DNA of 32,000 nucleotides from positions 120,001 to 152,000 of the forward strand of contig CP008936.1 of the NCBI GenBank assembly GCA_000743035.1, in the 5' to 3' direction. The notes under the pieces were generated by a model, which had not been told where the DNA came from, did no database searches, and saw only the letters and a program-made list of their open reading frames with translations. This DNA comes from Candidatus Paracaedimonas acanthamoebae. Its GTDB lineage: Bacteria; Pseudomonadota; Alphaproteobacteria; Caedimonadales; Caedimonadaceae. Of the stretch, positions 1 to 8,190 are shown piece after piece. Within the stretch, counting starts at the first letter, position 1; each line of letters starts with the position of its first letter. The position numbers and the translations under genes are program-made.

Positions 1-1
1 T

Positions 2-511
2 TTTGTTTTTACATTAGGTGGATTGACAGGCGTTGTGCTCTCCAATGCTGGCCTTGATGTGGTACTCCATGATACCTATTATGTGGTGGCTCATTTCCAT
101 TATGTATTGTCAATGGGAGCATTGTTTGGAATATTTTGTGGATTCTATTATTGGTTTGGAAAGATGTCTGGGAGAGAGTTTCCTGAAATCTTAGGAAAAA
201 TTCATTTTTGGCTTACTTTTGTAGGGGTTAATTTGTTATTTTTTCCAATGCACTTCTTAGGTTTAGCTGGAATGCCAAGACGTATCCCAGATTATCCGAC
301 AGCGTATGCTGGCTGGAATAAGATTGCGTCTTATGGGGCTTATATAACTGCTTTTGCCACCCTCTTTTTTATTGTGAGCATTTTTTATGCTTTGCTGCGT
401 GGAAGAAAAGCAGACGAAAATCCTTGGGGAGAGGGGGCTTCAACTTTAGAATGGACGGTCAGTTCGCCACCCCCTTTTCATACATTTGAAACGCTCCCGA
501 CGGTTAAATAG
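2..511 (+). CDS. ctaD: cytochrome c oxidase subunit I, C-terminal part (5' end lies outside the window)
   Basis: The frame is open from the window edge. The translation [35 protein letters not shown]...[19 protein letters not shown] is the conserved C-terminal helices of heme-copper oxidase subunit I. The M at 23 in the ORF track is an internal TTG (Leu). Confidence 0.95.
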   Translation, partial: FVFTLGGLTGVVLSNAGLDVVLHDTYYVVAHFHYVLSMGALFGIFCGFYYWFGKMSGREFPEILGKIHFWLTFVGVNLLFFPMHFLGLAGMPRRIPDYPTAYAGWNKIASYGAYITAFATLFFIVSIFYALLRGRKADENPWGEGASTLEWTVSSPPPFHTFETLPTVK

Positions 512-514
512 GCG

Positions 515-1423
515 ATGGCTTTTATCTCCGCAAAGATTTCACAGTTTTCAACGCATTCTGCAGACGCAACGATTAAAGATTTCATCGTGCTGCTTAAACC
601 AGGTGTTATGTCCCTTGTGGTTTTCAGCGGATGGGTGGGAATTTACCTTGCACCCGGTGATTTACATCCATTTTTAATGGGGGTTGCTCTTTTAGCAATT
701 GCTTTAGGATCTGGAGCTTCAGGAGCTCTTAATATGTGGTATGATCGTGATATTGATGCACTGATGAAAAGAACGCAAAATCGTCCTATTCCTGCAGGGA
801 TTATAGCTTCGCAAGATGTTTTAACTTTTGGAATTATATTAGCCCTTTTTTCAATTGTGTTGATGGGGCTTTCAACCAATTATTTTGCAGCCATTTTATT
901 AGCTTTTTCAATCTTTTTTTATGTCGTCATTTATACGATGATTCTCAAAAGAACAACAGTGTATAACATTGTTATTGGTGGGGCTGCGGGAGCATTTCCA
1001 CCTCTCATTGGATGGGTTGCAGCGACGGAAGCCATCAGCCTAGAAGCGGCCCTGTTGTTCCTTATCATTTTTTTGTGGACACCTCCTCATTTCTGGGCTT
1101 TGGCACTTACAAAAGTTGAAGATTATGGGCGAGCTAATATCCCAATGCTGCCTAATATTGCTGGCCCGCAGGCAACTAAAAAACAAATTCTAATTTATTC
1201 ATTGATGTTGGTGATATCTTCTTACCTTTTTTTCTGGTTTCCTCATTATGGTTGGGTTTATGGATTCATCTTAACAATCTTGAATTCTTTATGGCTATTT
1301 TTTACATTTAAGCTTTATTTTGATGTGCGGAATGTGGGCGCAATGCGATTCTTTGGCTTTTCTATAATCTATCTTTTTTTGCTTTTAGGTGCTTTAGTAT
1401 TAGATCATGGGTTGAGTCGATGA
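515..1423 (+). CDS. ctaB: protoheme IX farnesyltransferase (heme O synthase)
   Basis: 302-aa polytopic UbiA-family protein with NMWYDRDIDALMKRTQNRP and a second Asp-rich region. It starts 3 nt after the ctaD stop. Confidence 0.95.
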   Translation: MAFISAKISQFSTHSADATIKDFIVLLKPGVMSLVVFSGWVGIYLAPGDLHPFLMGVALLAIALGSGASGALNMWYDRDIDALMKRTQNRPIPAGIIASQDVLTFGIILALFSIVLMGLSTNYFAAILLAFSIFFYVVIYTMILKRTTVYNIVIGGAAGAFPPLIGWVAATEAISLEAALLFLIIFLWTPPHFWALALTKVEDYGRANIPMLPNIAGPQATKKQILIYSLMLVISSYLFFWFPHYGWVYGFILTILNSLWLFFTFKLYFDVRNVGAMRFFGFSIIYLFLLLGALVLDHGLSR

Positions 1424-1551
1424 AGGGGAAAAAAACGACTGATCAACAAAACAAACAACGCGCTAAAAACATAGCTTTACTTATAGCCTTAATCTGTGTT
1501 GTAGGATTGTTTTATGGTCTTGCGATTGTGCGGATTAAATTTGGTCACTAA
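1420..1551 (+). CDS. 43-aa single-pass membrane protein, unannotated small ORF inside the cta cluster
   Basis: The ATG overlaps the ctaB stop (ATGA at 1420-1423). The TAA at 1549-1551 directly abuts the ctaG ATG at 1552. The product MKGKKTTDQQNKQRAKNIALLIALICVVGLFYGLAIVRIKFGH has a basic N-terminus followed by one hydrophobic helix. It is too short to appear in the ORF track. Confidence 0.55.
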   Translation: MKGKKTTDQQNKQRAKNIALLIALICVVGLFYGLAIVRIKFGH

Positions 1552-2127
1552 ATGACATCCCGACGCAATAAGCGCACAGTTCTCTTTCTTTTAATGATTC
1601 TTTTTGTCATGACGGTTCTTGCCTTTGCCTCGGTCCCTCTTTATCGTCTTTTTTGCCAGCAAACAGGATATGGAGGGACGCCTCGCATTGCCTTAACGGG
1701 AGCAGATCGCATTATCGAACATTCTTTAACAATTCATTTTAATGCGGATATGAATGCCTCTCTTCCTTGGAAGTTTTTACCATTGCAACCAAAAATAACG
1801 GTAAAGGCTGGTGCTTTGGGGTTAGCTTATTATAAAGTGCATAATACCTCAGATGAGCCTCTTATTGGAATTGCGGTTTATAATGTGACGCCTGATAAAG
1901 CAGCTCCTTATTTTAATAAAATTGAATGTTTTTGTTTTGAAGAACAAAGGCTTGAACCTCGACAGACACTTGAGCTTCCTGTTCAATTTTATATTGATCC
2001 TAAAATTGCTGAGGATCCTCATTGCAAAGATCTGACTTCCATCACGCTTTCTTATACATTTTTTGCAGCAAAAGACCCTAAGTTGCCTGAAATCTTAGGA
2101 TTGCCAAGCCTTAAGAAAAAGCAGTAA
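1552..2127 (+). CDS. ctaG: cytochrome c oxidase assembly (copper insertion) protein Cox11/CtaG
   Basis: N-terminal TM anchor, the YRLFCQQTGYGGT motif and the copper-binding CFCFEEQ motif. Confidence 0.95.
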   Translation: MTSRRNKRTVLFLLMILFVMTVLAFASVPLYRLFCQQTGYGGTPRIALTGADRIIEHSLTIHFNADMNASLPWKFLPLQPKITVKAGALGLAYYKVHNTSDEPLIGIAVYNVTPDKAAPYFNKIECFCFEEQRLEPRQTLELPVQFYIDPKIAEDPHCKDLTSITLSYTFFAAKDPKLPEILGLPSLKKKQ

Positions 2128-2296
2128 GAAAGTTGAGCTCTCATCTTTTTTTAAGTTTTTGGAGCGGTTGCGCATTTATAAAATCAACGCAGTGTGCAAG
2201 TACGATGATATTTGAAACAATGTCGAATCTCTTAAATTTTCTTATTTTCGTACATTTTTCTATTGAATTTTGTAACTTATTATGGTAGTCTGTAAG

Positions 2297-2490
2297 TAGA
2301 TGGTCAGAAATGATTCCTTCTTATGAAAAGATGACCTCTCTTCATAAACCCTTTACCTAATTTCTGAAGCCCTCTAAGAAAAAAAAAGAAGAATAAAGCA
2401 GGGATAAAAACCTACATTATTAAACAAAATAAGCCTTTTAACGCTCTTTTTGAGCGAATGACGTCTCTTTGCCTGGTGACAGAGGCAAAG
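2297..2490 (+). repeat. dispersed ~194-nt intergenic repeat, copy A
   Basis: Aligns by eye along its whole length to the reverse complement of 19570-19763. Identical blocks are TAGATGGTCAGA, TCTAAGAAAAAA and AACGCTCTTTTTGAG. It ends in a hairpin (CTTTGCCT-GGTGACAG-AGGCAAAG). Confidence 0.6.
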
Positions 2491-2544
2491 AAGAGGACAG
2501 TGGAGAGCGGCAGGAAAAGACAGGCATAAGCAACTTTTCGGTCC

Positions 2545-2587
2545 TCATCCCCGGGCTTGTCCCGGGGATCTCAGGCAACCTGGTGAT
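2545..2587. repeat. 43-nt REP-like palindromic element, copy 1
   Basis: TCATCCCCGGGCTTGTCCCGGGGATCTCAGGCAACCTGGTGAT contains the hairpin CCCCGGG-CTTGT-CCCGGGG. It matches 3357-3399 at 41/43 positions. Confidence 0.7.
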
Positions 2588-3356
2588 GCAACTAGGTGGC
2601 AAAAGGATCTCAGTATACGTGAAAGGTATGGTGAGGAGAAAAGCCAAAAAGCAAGAGGAAAGGCTTTCTTTTCAAGAAATATTTCTGATCTTTGTATCAA
2701 AGATTCTTGGAAGGGAAGAAAGCCAAGAAATCTCAAAATTGAGATGAGGTCTTTTTCTTTTTTTGTGATCTCTACTTTGGTCGTCCTTGCGAATGTGAGG
2801 GGCATAGTAAGGGAGATAAACCCCAAAAGCATGCGAGAGGGGATTAAAAGGAAGGCCAAAATTATTTTTGGATTTTTCGGCAGAAGGTCTTTTCTCTGGA
2901 TGAAATGGCATTTCAGCCTTTCCTGAGTGCGCACAGGAAAGGTTTAAGATCCTGGAGAATGAGCAAGGATGATGAAGGTGTAAATGGATAGGAAGTAAAA
3001 AGGGTCTTACAGTTTTCTCCTTTGTTGTCCTTGCAACTCTCTCCCTCTTTAGGATTTCTTCTGCTTCATTTTTGCGAAGGGAATATCGAGGAAAGATGAG
3101 AAACATCGATTGGTGAAAAGCCAGATCTTCAAGTTGCTTAAGCTCCTCGGCACAAGGCCTAGGGTGACTCAAGTTGGGGCGAGAATGCTCGTTGGCGAGG
3201 ACAGGAGGGGGATGGTGATAATAGAAACAAGGTTACTCTTCTGAGTCCTCCTCGCGAGCCAGGCTTTGTCGAGGCGAGAGGCGGGGATCCAGGAAGATCA
3301 AAGGGCAACGTTATTGTGTGATTGGTGGCAATAGGAATCGAATGTCCACTCTAGCG

Positions 3357-3399
3357 TCATCCCCAGCCTTGTCCCGGGGATCTCAGGCAACCTGGTGAT
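3357..3399. repeat. 43-nt REP-like palindromic element, copy 2 (left stem arm degenerate)
   Basis: TCATCCCCAGCCTTGTCCCGGGGATCTCAGGCAACCTGGTGAT, in direct orientation relative to copy 1. Confidence 0.7.
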
Positions 3400-3613
3400 A
3401 TTAGAAGATGCCTACGACATAGCCTAGAGGAATGCGAAAATCCTTATCAGAGAATTATTAACGACTTTTTTCTAAAAAACTTGCACACGACATAAAATTA
3501 AAAATTTTTCGATAAAAAAGCTAAAATTGTTGGAAGATAGTTGAAAGCTAAGCTACATTCTGGCAATTTCGCAAAGAGAGACACATTTAATTATTAACAA
3601 GTGAGTGAGGATA

Positions 3614-5692
3614 ATGGATATCTATTATATTATTTTAGGGTGTGGGCTTTTAGCTTTGCTCTATGGTTTATATGCAGGCGCGCAAGTTCTTAAAGCGCCA
3701 AAAGGCACAGCCAGAATGGTTGAAATTGCTGCAGCTATTCAAGAGGGTGCTGCTGCTTACTTAAATCGTCAATATAAAACAATTGCTATGGTTGGTCTTG
3801 TTGTTGCCGCAGGATTATCTTGGGTTCTTGGTTTGCACGTTGGCTTGGGCTTCATTATGGGAGCGGTACTTTCAGGCGTTGCGGGGTATGTTGGAATGAA
3901 CGTGTCGGTTCGTGCCAATGTGAGAACAGCTGAAGCCGCGCGCTCCGGATTACAGCCTGCTCTTGATATTGCCTTTAAAGGTGGGGCAATTACTGGAATG
4001 TTGGTTGTGGGCTTAGGTCTTTTGGGAATCACTCTTTATTTTATGATTTTAAAGAATGGTGGTTATGAGCAACGCGCGATCATGGAAGCCTTGATTGCTC
4101 TGAGCTTTGGTGCATCACTCATTTCTATCTTTGCTCGTCTGGGCGGTGGTATCTTTACCAAGGGGGCTGACGTAGGTGCAGACCTTGTTGGAAAAATTGA
4201 GGCTGGAATTCCTGAGGATGATCCTCGTAATCCAGCCGTCATTGCTGATAACGTGGGTGATAACGTTGGTGATTGTGCAGGAATGGCTGCGGATCTTTTC
4301 GAGACGTATGTTGTGACCATTGTTGCCACCATGGTGTTGGGTACGATTTTCATTAAAGGTGACATGGTAGAAACCTTAACCCTCTATCCTCTATTGATTG
4401 GTGCGGTTTGTATTGTTGGCTCTATTTTGGGCACTTTTGCTGTGAAGCTTGGTAAGCAACAAAACATCATGGGGGCTTTGTATAAGGGGCTTTTAGTTTG
4501 TACGCTTTTATCAGCAGGCTTTATTATGTTCGCAACCCAAAAATTGGTTGGCTTTGAGCAAACTTTTATGATTGGTGATCTTGTGGTTGACGGAACAAAA
4601 CTCTTGATTTGTGCGTTTACAGGTCTTGCCGTCACAGGACTTCTCGTATGGATCACAGAGTACTATACGTCAACAGCTTATCGCCCCGTACGGAGTATTG
4701 CTGCTGCTTCTCAAACAGGACATGCAACCAATATTATTCAAGGTCTTGCCGTGTCTATGGAGTCTTGTGCGTTGCCGGTGCTTGTAATTTCAGCCGGCAT
4801 TCTTATCGCTTACATTAATGCGGGACTTTATGGTGTTGCAATTGCTGCAACAGCAATGTTGGCTTTAGCTGGAATGGTTGTCGCCTTAGATGCTTATGGG
4901 CCAATCACCGATAACGCTGGTGGTATTGCTGAAATGTCTGAACTTCCAAAAGAAGTACGTACAGTAACAGATGCTCTTGATGCTGTTGGTAATACAACAA
5001 AAGCAGTGACCAAGGGATATGCGATTGGATCTGCAGGCCTTGCAACGCTTGTATTGTTCTCTGCCTATACTGAGGACTTAAACCATTACTTCCCGGGGCT
5101 TAATTGTGCGTTCGTTCTTCAAGATCCTTACGTGGTGATCGGTTTATTCATTGGTGGTTTGCTGCCTTACCTGTTCGGTGCTATGGGCATGATGGCTGTG
5201 GGCCGCGCTGGTGGTCAAGTCGTTGTTGAAGTTCGTCGTCAATTTAAAGAAATTCCTGGCATTATGACAGGAAAAGCGAAACCTGACTATCGTCGTGCCG
5301 TTGATCTTTTAACGAAAACAGCCATTAAAGAGATGATCGTGCCGTCTTTGTTGCCTGTCTTGGCACCAGGACTTCTATGGTCTATCGTTCGATTGACGGC
5401 AGATGCTGAGTCAGCGTTCACGGCAGTAGGCGCAATGTTACTTGGAACGATTGTAACAGGTCTCTTCGTAGCTATCTCCATGACATCAGGGGGTGGTGCA
5501 TGGGACAATGCCAAGAAATACATCGAAGATGGTAATTGCGGGGGGAAAGGCTCTGAAGCGCATAAAGCATCTGTTACCGGCGATACAGTTGGTGATCCTT
5601 ATAAAGATACAGCTGGACCTGCAATCAACCCAATGATTAAGATTACGAACATTGTGGCCTTGCTTCTATTGGCCATCTTAGCTCACCACTAA
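3614..5692 (+). CDS. hppA: membrane-bound H+-translocating pyrophosphatase, K+-independent type
   Basis: ~690-aa polytopic protein with [37 protein letters not shown] and [18 protein letters not shown] motifs. The [10 protein letters not shown] motif has Lys rather than Ala, the established K+-independent signature. ATG 3614 is preferred over GTG 3605. Confidence 0.95.
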   Translation: MDIYYIILGCGLLALLYGLYAGAQVLKAPKGTARMVEIAAAIQEGAAAYLNRQYKTIAMVGLVVAAGLSWVLGLHVGLGFIMGAVLSGVAGYVGMNVSVRANVRTAEAARSGLQPALDIAFKGGAITGMLVVGLGLLGITLYFMILKNGGYEQRAIMEALIALSFGASLISIFARLGGGIFTKGADVGADLVGKIEAGIPEDDPRNPAVIADNVGDNVGDCAGMAADLFETYVVTIVATMVLGTIFIKGDMVETLTLYPLLIGAVCIVGSILGTFAVKLGKQQNIMGALYKGLLVCTLLSAGFIMFATQKLVGFEQTFMIGDLVVDGTKLLICAFTGLAVTGLLVWITEYYTSTAYRPVRSIAAASQTGHATNIIQGLAVSMESCALPVLVISAGILIAYINAGLYGVAIAATAMLALAGMVVALDAYGPITDNAGGIAEMSELPKEVRTVTDALDAVGNTTKAVTKGYAIGSAGLATLVLFSAYTEDLNHYFPGLNCAFVLQDPYVVIGLFIGGLLPYLFGAMGMMAVGRAGGQVVVEVRRQFKEIPGIMTGKAKPDYRRAVDLLTKTAIKEMIVPSLLPVLAPGLLWSIVRLTADAESAFTAVGAMLLGTIVTGLFVAISMTSGGGAWDNAKKYIEDGNCGGKGSEAHKASVTGDTVGDPYKDTAGPAINPMIKITNIVALLLLAILAHH

Positions 5693-5720
5693 GAACTAAT
5701 CTTTTTCAACCAACCCTTGA

Positions 5721-5751
5721 AACCCCTAGGCTCTTGCCTAGGGGTTTTTTA
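5721..5751 (+). terminator. rho-independent terminator of hppA
   Basis: AACCCCTAGG-CTCTTG-CCTAGGGGTT followed by a T-run. Confidence 0.8.
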
Positions 5752-5852
5752 TGATTTCTCATTTTATTTATTAATCTTTATTTATCAATTCAAGAGAATG
5801 TGTTAATATTTTTTAACTTAAAGTCATAAAATTGTTGGGACGGAGCTTATTT

Positions 5853-6326
5853 ATGAGGAATTTTCGTTGGGTTGCCTTTCGCTTATTTTTGGGTGTGTTG
5901 GGCGTACAGGCGGTAAGCGCCAGCAATCTTTATGATGATAAACTAGATCCTGAAAAGATTTCGCGACTTCAAATCCCTCTCTCTACACTCCAAATGTTAT
6001 GGGAGAATAAAAACTTATATTATGATGAACGCAGTCAGTATTACCTTACAAGAGAGCCAAAATTATGGCAGGGTAATCTTTATATGTTTTCAATCTATAA
6101 TGCTGAAAACTATGGACCATATTTTACAAACCTGAAAAATCCACAATATGGTCATAGAATACTTACACCGATTACTGTGCGCATATGGGGGAAATCTGAG
6201 AGCGAAAAAAAAGATTTTTATATAGGAACTTATGACTTTCATCATCGGTCTTTACAACACTTTAGGTTTCACATCATTACAATTGAAGCCAGCAATTTTA
6301 AAAAATTTCCCAAGAATGTAGGATAG
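5853..6326 (+). CDS. hypothetical secreted protein (N-terminal part of a longer frame broken by TAG 6324-6326)
   Basis: ATG 5853 lies 8 nt after GGACGGAG. The signal-like N-terminus is MRNFRWVAFRLFLGVLGVQAVSA/SN. I recognise no family. Confidence 0.6.
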   Translation: MRNFRWVAFRLFLGVLGVQAVSASNLYDDKLDPEKISRLQIPLSTLQMLWENKNLYYDERSQYYLTREPKLWQGNLYMFSIYNAENYGPYFTNLKNPQYGHRILTPITVRIWGKSESEKKDFYIGTYDFHHRSLQHFRFHIITIEASNFKKFPKNVG

Positions 6327-6569
6327 TATCTTATTAATCTGGGCTCAAAAAGAGGTTCGGTCTCATTAAAAAAACTTTGTAAAGCAGAATTTAAGATAGC
6401 TGAGGAAGGGCAATCTTTAGAAGATTTATTAGGTAAGAAGAAAAAATTCCCTTTCAAAAGAGAAAAGAAAAATACTAATGCTAGTTTATCCTCTTCTTCA
6501 CCTTCACAAGCCATTTCTATACAGAGTCTATCCGGACAAGAAGATTCCCCAAAGGTCTCTCAAGAGGAT

Positions 6570-6992
6570 GTGGCTATCTCTCAAAATCAGCTCTCAGAAG
6601 AATCTTTTACTCAAAAAGAAAGGAAATCATCCTCAAAACAAGAGAGAAGGAAAGGAAATATCACTCAATTAGATGAGGCCATCCAAGACTTGTTGAGTGG
6701 TGAAGAAGTACAAGCTTTGTTAGAAAGGATTAACAAAGATCAAGCACCAAAAATAGAAGAACCTGAAAAAAGCTCACTACCTTCTTCAAGCATTTTGGTT
6801 TCTTCCAAAGAGACTATTTTATCGCAAGAAATACCAATGCCAAGCTCATCAAGCCAAGAAGTCTCTGTAACTGAGCAAAATAAAGGTGATAGAATATCAT
6901 CCCCTTCTATAAGAAGAAGGAAAAATTTTGCGCTCGTGGATATGCCAGTTAAAGCTTTAGTAAAAAATGAAGTAGAAAAGTCAGAGTCTTAA
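6570..6992 (+). CDS. Ser/Glu/Lys-rich low-complexity protein segment, probably the in-frame continuation of 5853-6326 rather than an independent gene
   Basis: It is in the same frame as the upstream ORF, and all 81 codons from 6327 to 6569 are sense codons. The only possible start is GTG 6570, with no SD. The first internal ATG lies far downstream. Confidence 0.35.
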   Translation: MAISQNQLSEESFTQKERKSSSKQERRKGNITQLDEAIQDLLSGEEVQALLERINKDQAPKIEEPEKSSLPSSSILVSSKETILSQEIPMPSSSSQEVSVTEQNKGDRISSPSIRRRKNFALVDMPVKALVKNEVEKSES

Positions 6993-7237
6993 AGATATCT
7001 TTTTTACAGAAATCAGGAAAATAATATCATACTCAATATGAGGGCGCTAAGAGCTCACAAAAAGCGGCCAAAATGGTTAGTAAGTATTTGAAATAACAAG
7101 AAATAAGGATCCAATTTTTTCTGAAAATCGGGATACTTAAATCTTGCTTTTTGGAATGATTTTTGATACACTAATAAATAGGTCGGATGCCTATGTGGGT
7201 CCGATTGGGAATATCCGGCTTTTGCGGATGGTTTAAC

Positions 7238-7260
7238 CTTATTGCTCAATGGAGAATAAG
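7238..7260 (+). promoter_or_regulatory. ROSE-like RNA thermometer hairpin masking the SD of the sHSP gene
   Basis: CUUAUUGCUC-AAUG-GAGAAUAAG forms 3+6 bp with a single bulged G (7244) inside UUGCUC, opposite the GGAG SD (7251-7254). The AUG follows at 7262. A further hairpin, ATCCG-N7-CGGAT, lies at 7213-7229. Confidence 0.55.
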
Positions 7261-7261
7261 A

Positions 7262-7720
7262 ATGCGTAACTACGATTTAACCCCGTTGTTTCGTTCAAGT
7301 ATTGGTTTTGATCGCTTGATGCGGCTAATGGATTCAGCCACCCGTGGCGAAGAAGGAGCAGCATCATACCCTCCTTATAATATTGAAAAGGTGGATGATC
7401 AAACCTATCGCTTAACGATGGCAGTTGCAGGGTTTAGTGAAGATAACTTAAGTATCACAGTTCAGGATAACGTGTTGGTGATTACGGGAAAGGCGCGGGC
7501 AGACGATGAGAATGTCCAGTATCTTTACCGAGGGATTGCAGGACGTGCATTTGAAAGACATTTTCAGCTTGCTGATTTTATTAAAGTGGGAGAAGCAAAT
7601 CTTGAAAATGGTCTTCTCAGAATTACGCTTCAACGTGAAATTCCGGAAGCCATGAAGCCCCGAACCATTGAAATTCGGTCAGCAGCTCATGCACCTAAAG
7701 GAAAACTGATTGAATCGTAA
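7262..7720 (+). CDS. ibpA: small heat-shock protein, Hsp20/alpha-crystallin family (IbpA-like)
   Basis: The N-terminus MRNYDLTPLFRSSIGFDRLMRLMDSA is typical of IbpA. The alpha-crystallin domain is AVAGFSEDNLSITVQDNVLVITGK...YLYRGIAGRAFERHFQLAD...LENGLLRITL. The GGAG SD precedes ATG 7262, so the 7187 start in the track is an upstream extension. Confidence 0.93.
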   Translation: MRNYDLTPLFRSSIGFDRLMRLMDSATRGEEGAASYPPYNIEKVDDQTYRLTMAVAGFSEDNLSITVQDNVLVITGKARADDENVQYLYRGIAGRAFERHFQLADFIKVGEANLENGLLRITLQREIPEAMKPRTIEIRSAAHAPKGKLIES

Positions 7721-7739
7721 ATATTTTCAATGATATACA

Positions 7740-7787
7740 CTTTGGCTGGTTTCAGCTCACAAAATTTGGTGCTGAACTTAGCCAAAG
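7740..7787 (+). terminator. long imperfect hairpin downstream of the sHSP gene (possible terminator)
   Basis: CTTTGGCTGGTTTCAGC-N14-GCTGAACTTAGCCAAAG pairs as 8+6 bp with an internal loop. There is no clean T-run. Confidence 0.35.
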
Positions 7788-7895
7788 ATGTGTTTAAAAA
7801 TGCAATCAATTAAATTGAGAAGAAAACTTTTTTATTGTGAACTCTATATCTTTAATAAAATTGAGGCCTTGCAGGCTGTTGAGCAATAAATTCTG

Positions 7896-8003
7896 ATGGA
7901 TCCAGTACTTGAATTAGTGCTTAAGCAAGAACAGCAATTGCTTCAACAGGATGTGCGGCACTCTATTCAGATGCTTGATACCTTATTAGTTGATAGTTTC
8001 ATA
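7896..8003 (+). pseudogene. 5' fragment (36 codons) of a DUF4440/SnoaL-like (NTF2-fold) gene interrupted by the IS-bounded cassette
   Basis: MDPVLELVLKQEQQLLQQDVRHSIQMLDTLLVDSFI ends exactly at the IS terminus at 8004. It continues in sense at 10644. Confidence 0.75.
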
Positions 8004-8109
8004 ACGCCGATTATGGATAAGAATTAACATTCCAATTGTTGAAAATCTTGTCTGAAGGCTGGTTTTATTGGTCTTAGCTGGTAAGCAATAAGGGCACAAA
8101 AGATATGAC
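8004..8109 (-). mobile_element. solo 106-bp right-end remnant of the IS982-like element, inverted
   Basis: A 106/106 nt perfect reverse complement of 10538-10643, including the 19-bp terminal IR ACGCCGATTATGGATAAGA. I checked this base by base. Confidence 0.9.
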
Positions 8110-8190
8110 GCAGCCCTCTTGAATTCCAGAAAATAGTTCCTATGTAACATAAAGAAAGATGTTTTTTATGTTACGAAGTAGGAGAATAAG

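Noticed and set aside
486-879. ORFs 486-677+ and 643-879-
   Set aside because: They are off-frame and antisense shadows of ctaB.
2927-2931. GTGCG, the group II intron 5' consensus
   Set aside because: No domain V-like 34-nt hairpin, no reverse-transcriptase ORF and no 3' AY boundary could be found downstream.
2438-3172. Five overlapping track ORFs (2438-2647-, 2469-2747+, 2545-2934-, 2672-3172-, 2744-2926+)
   Set aside because: They mutually overlap on both strands and have no SD. Their translations are low-complexity, they run through the REP-like palindromes, and they contain no recognisable family motif. I treat them as non-coding.
2545-3399. Possible CRISPR array or att-site pair formed by the 43-nt direct repeats
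   Set aside because: There are only two copies, about 770 bp apart, and no regular spacer periodicity. No cas or integrase gene is present and the segment between them lacks any ORF.
3769-5523. Antisense and off-frame ORFs inside hppA (3769-4032-, 4063-4365-, 4384-4656-, 4609-4818+, 5287-5523-)
   Set aside because: They are embedded in a strongly supported conserved CDS. They are shadow frames with Ala/Pro/Ser/Thr-rich translations and no SD.
6600-6620. Third copy of the repeat core (ACTCAAAAAGA) inside the Ser/Glu-rich ORF
   Set aside because: Only ~12 nt match and the flanks are unrelated, which is compatible with chance in A-rich sequence.
7055-7261. ORF 7055-7249 (-), the 7187 upstream start of the sHSP ORF, and a sigma-32 or sigma-70 promoter search
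   Set aside because: The IbpA-type N-terminus and the SD fit ATG 7262. CCTATGT (7190-7196) resembles an RpoH -10, but no CTTG or TTGA lies at a permissible spacing, so I make no promoter call.
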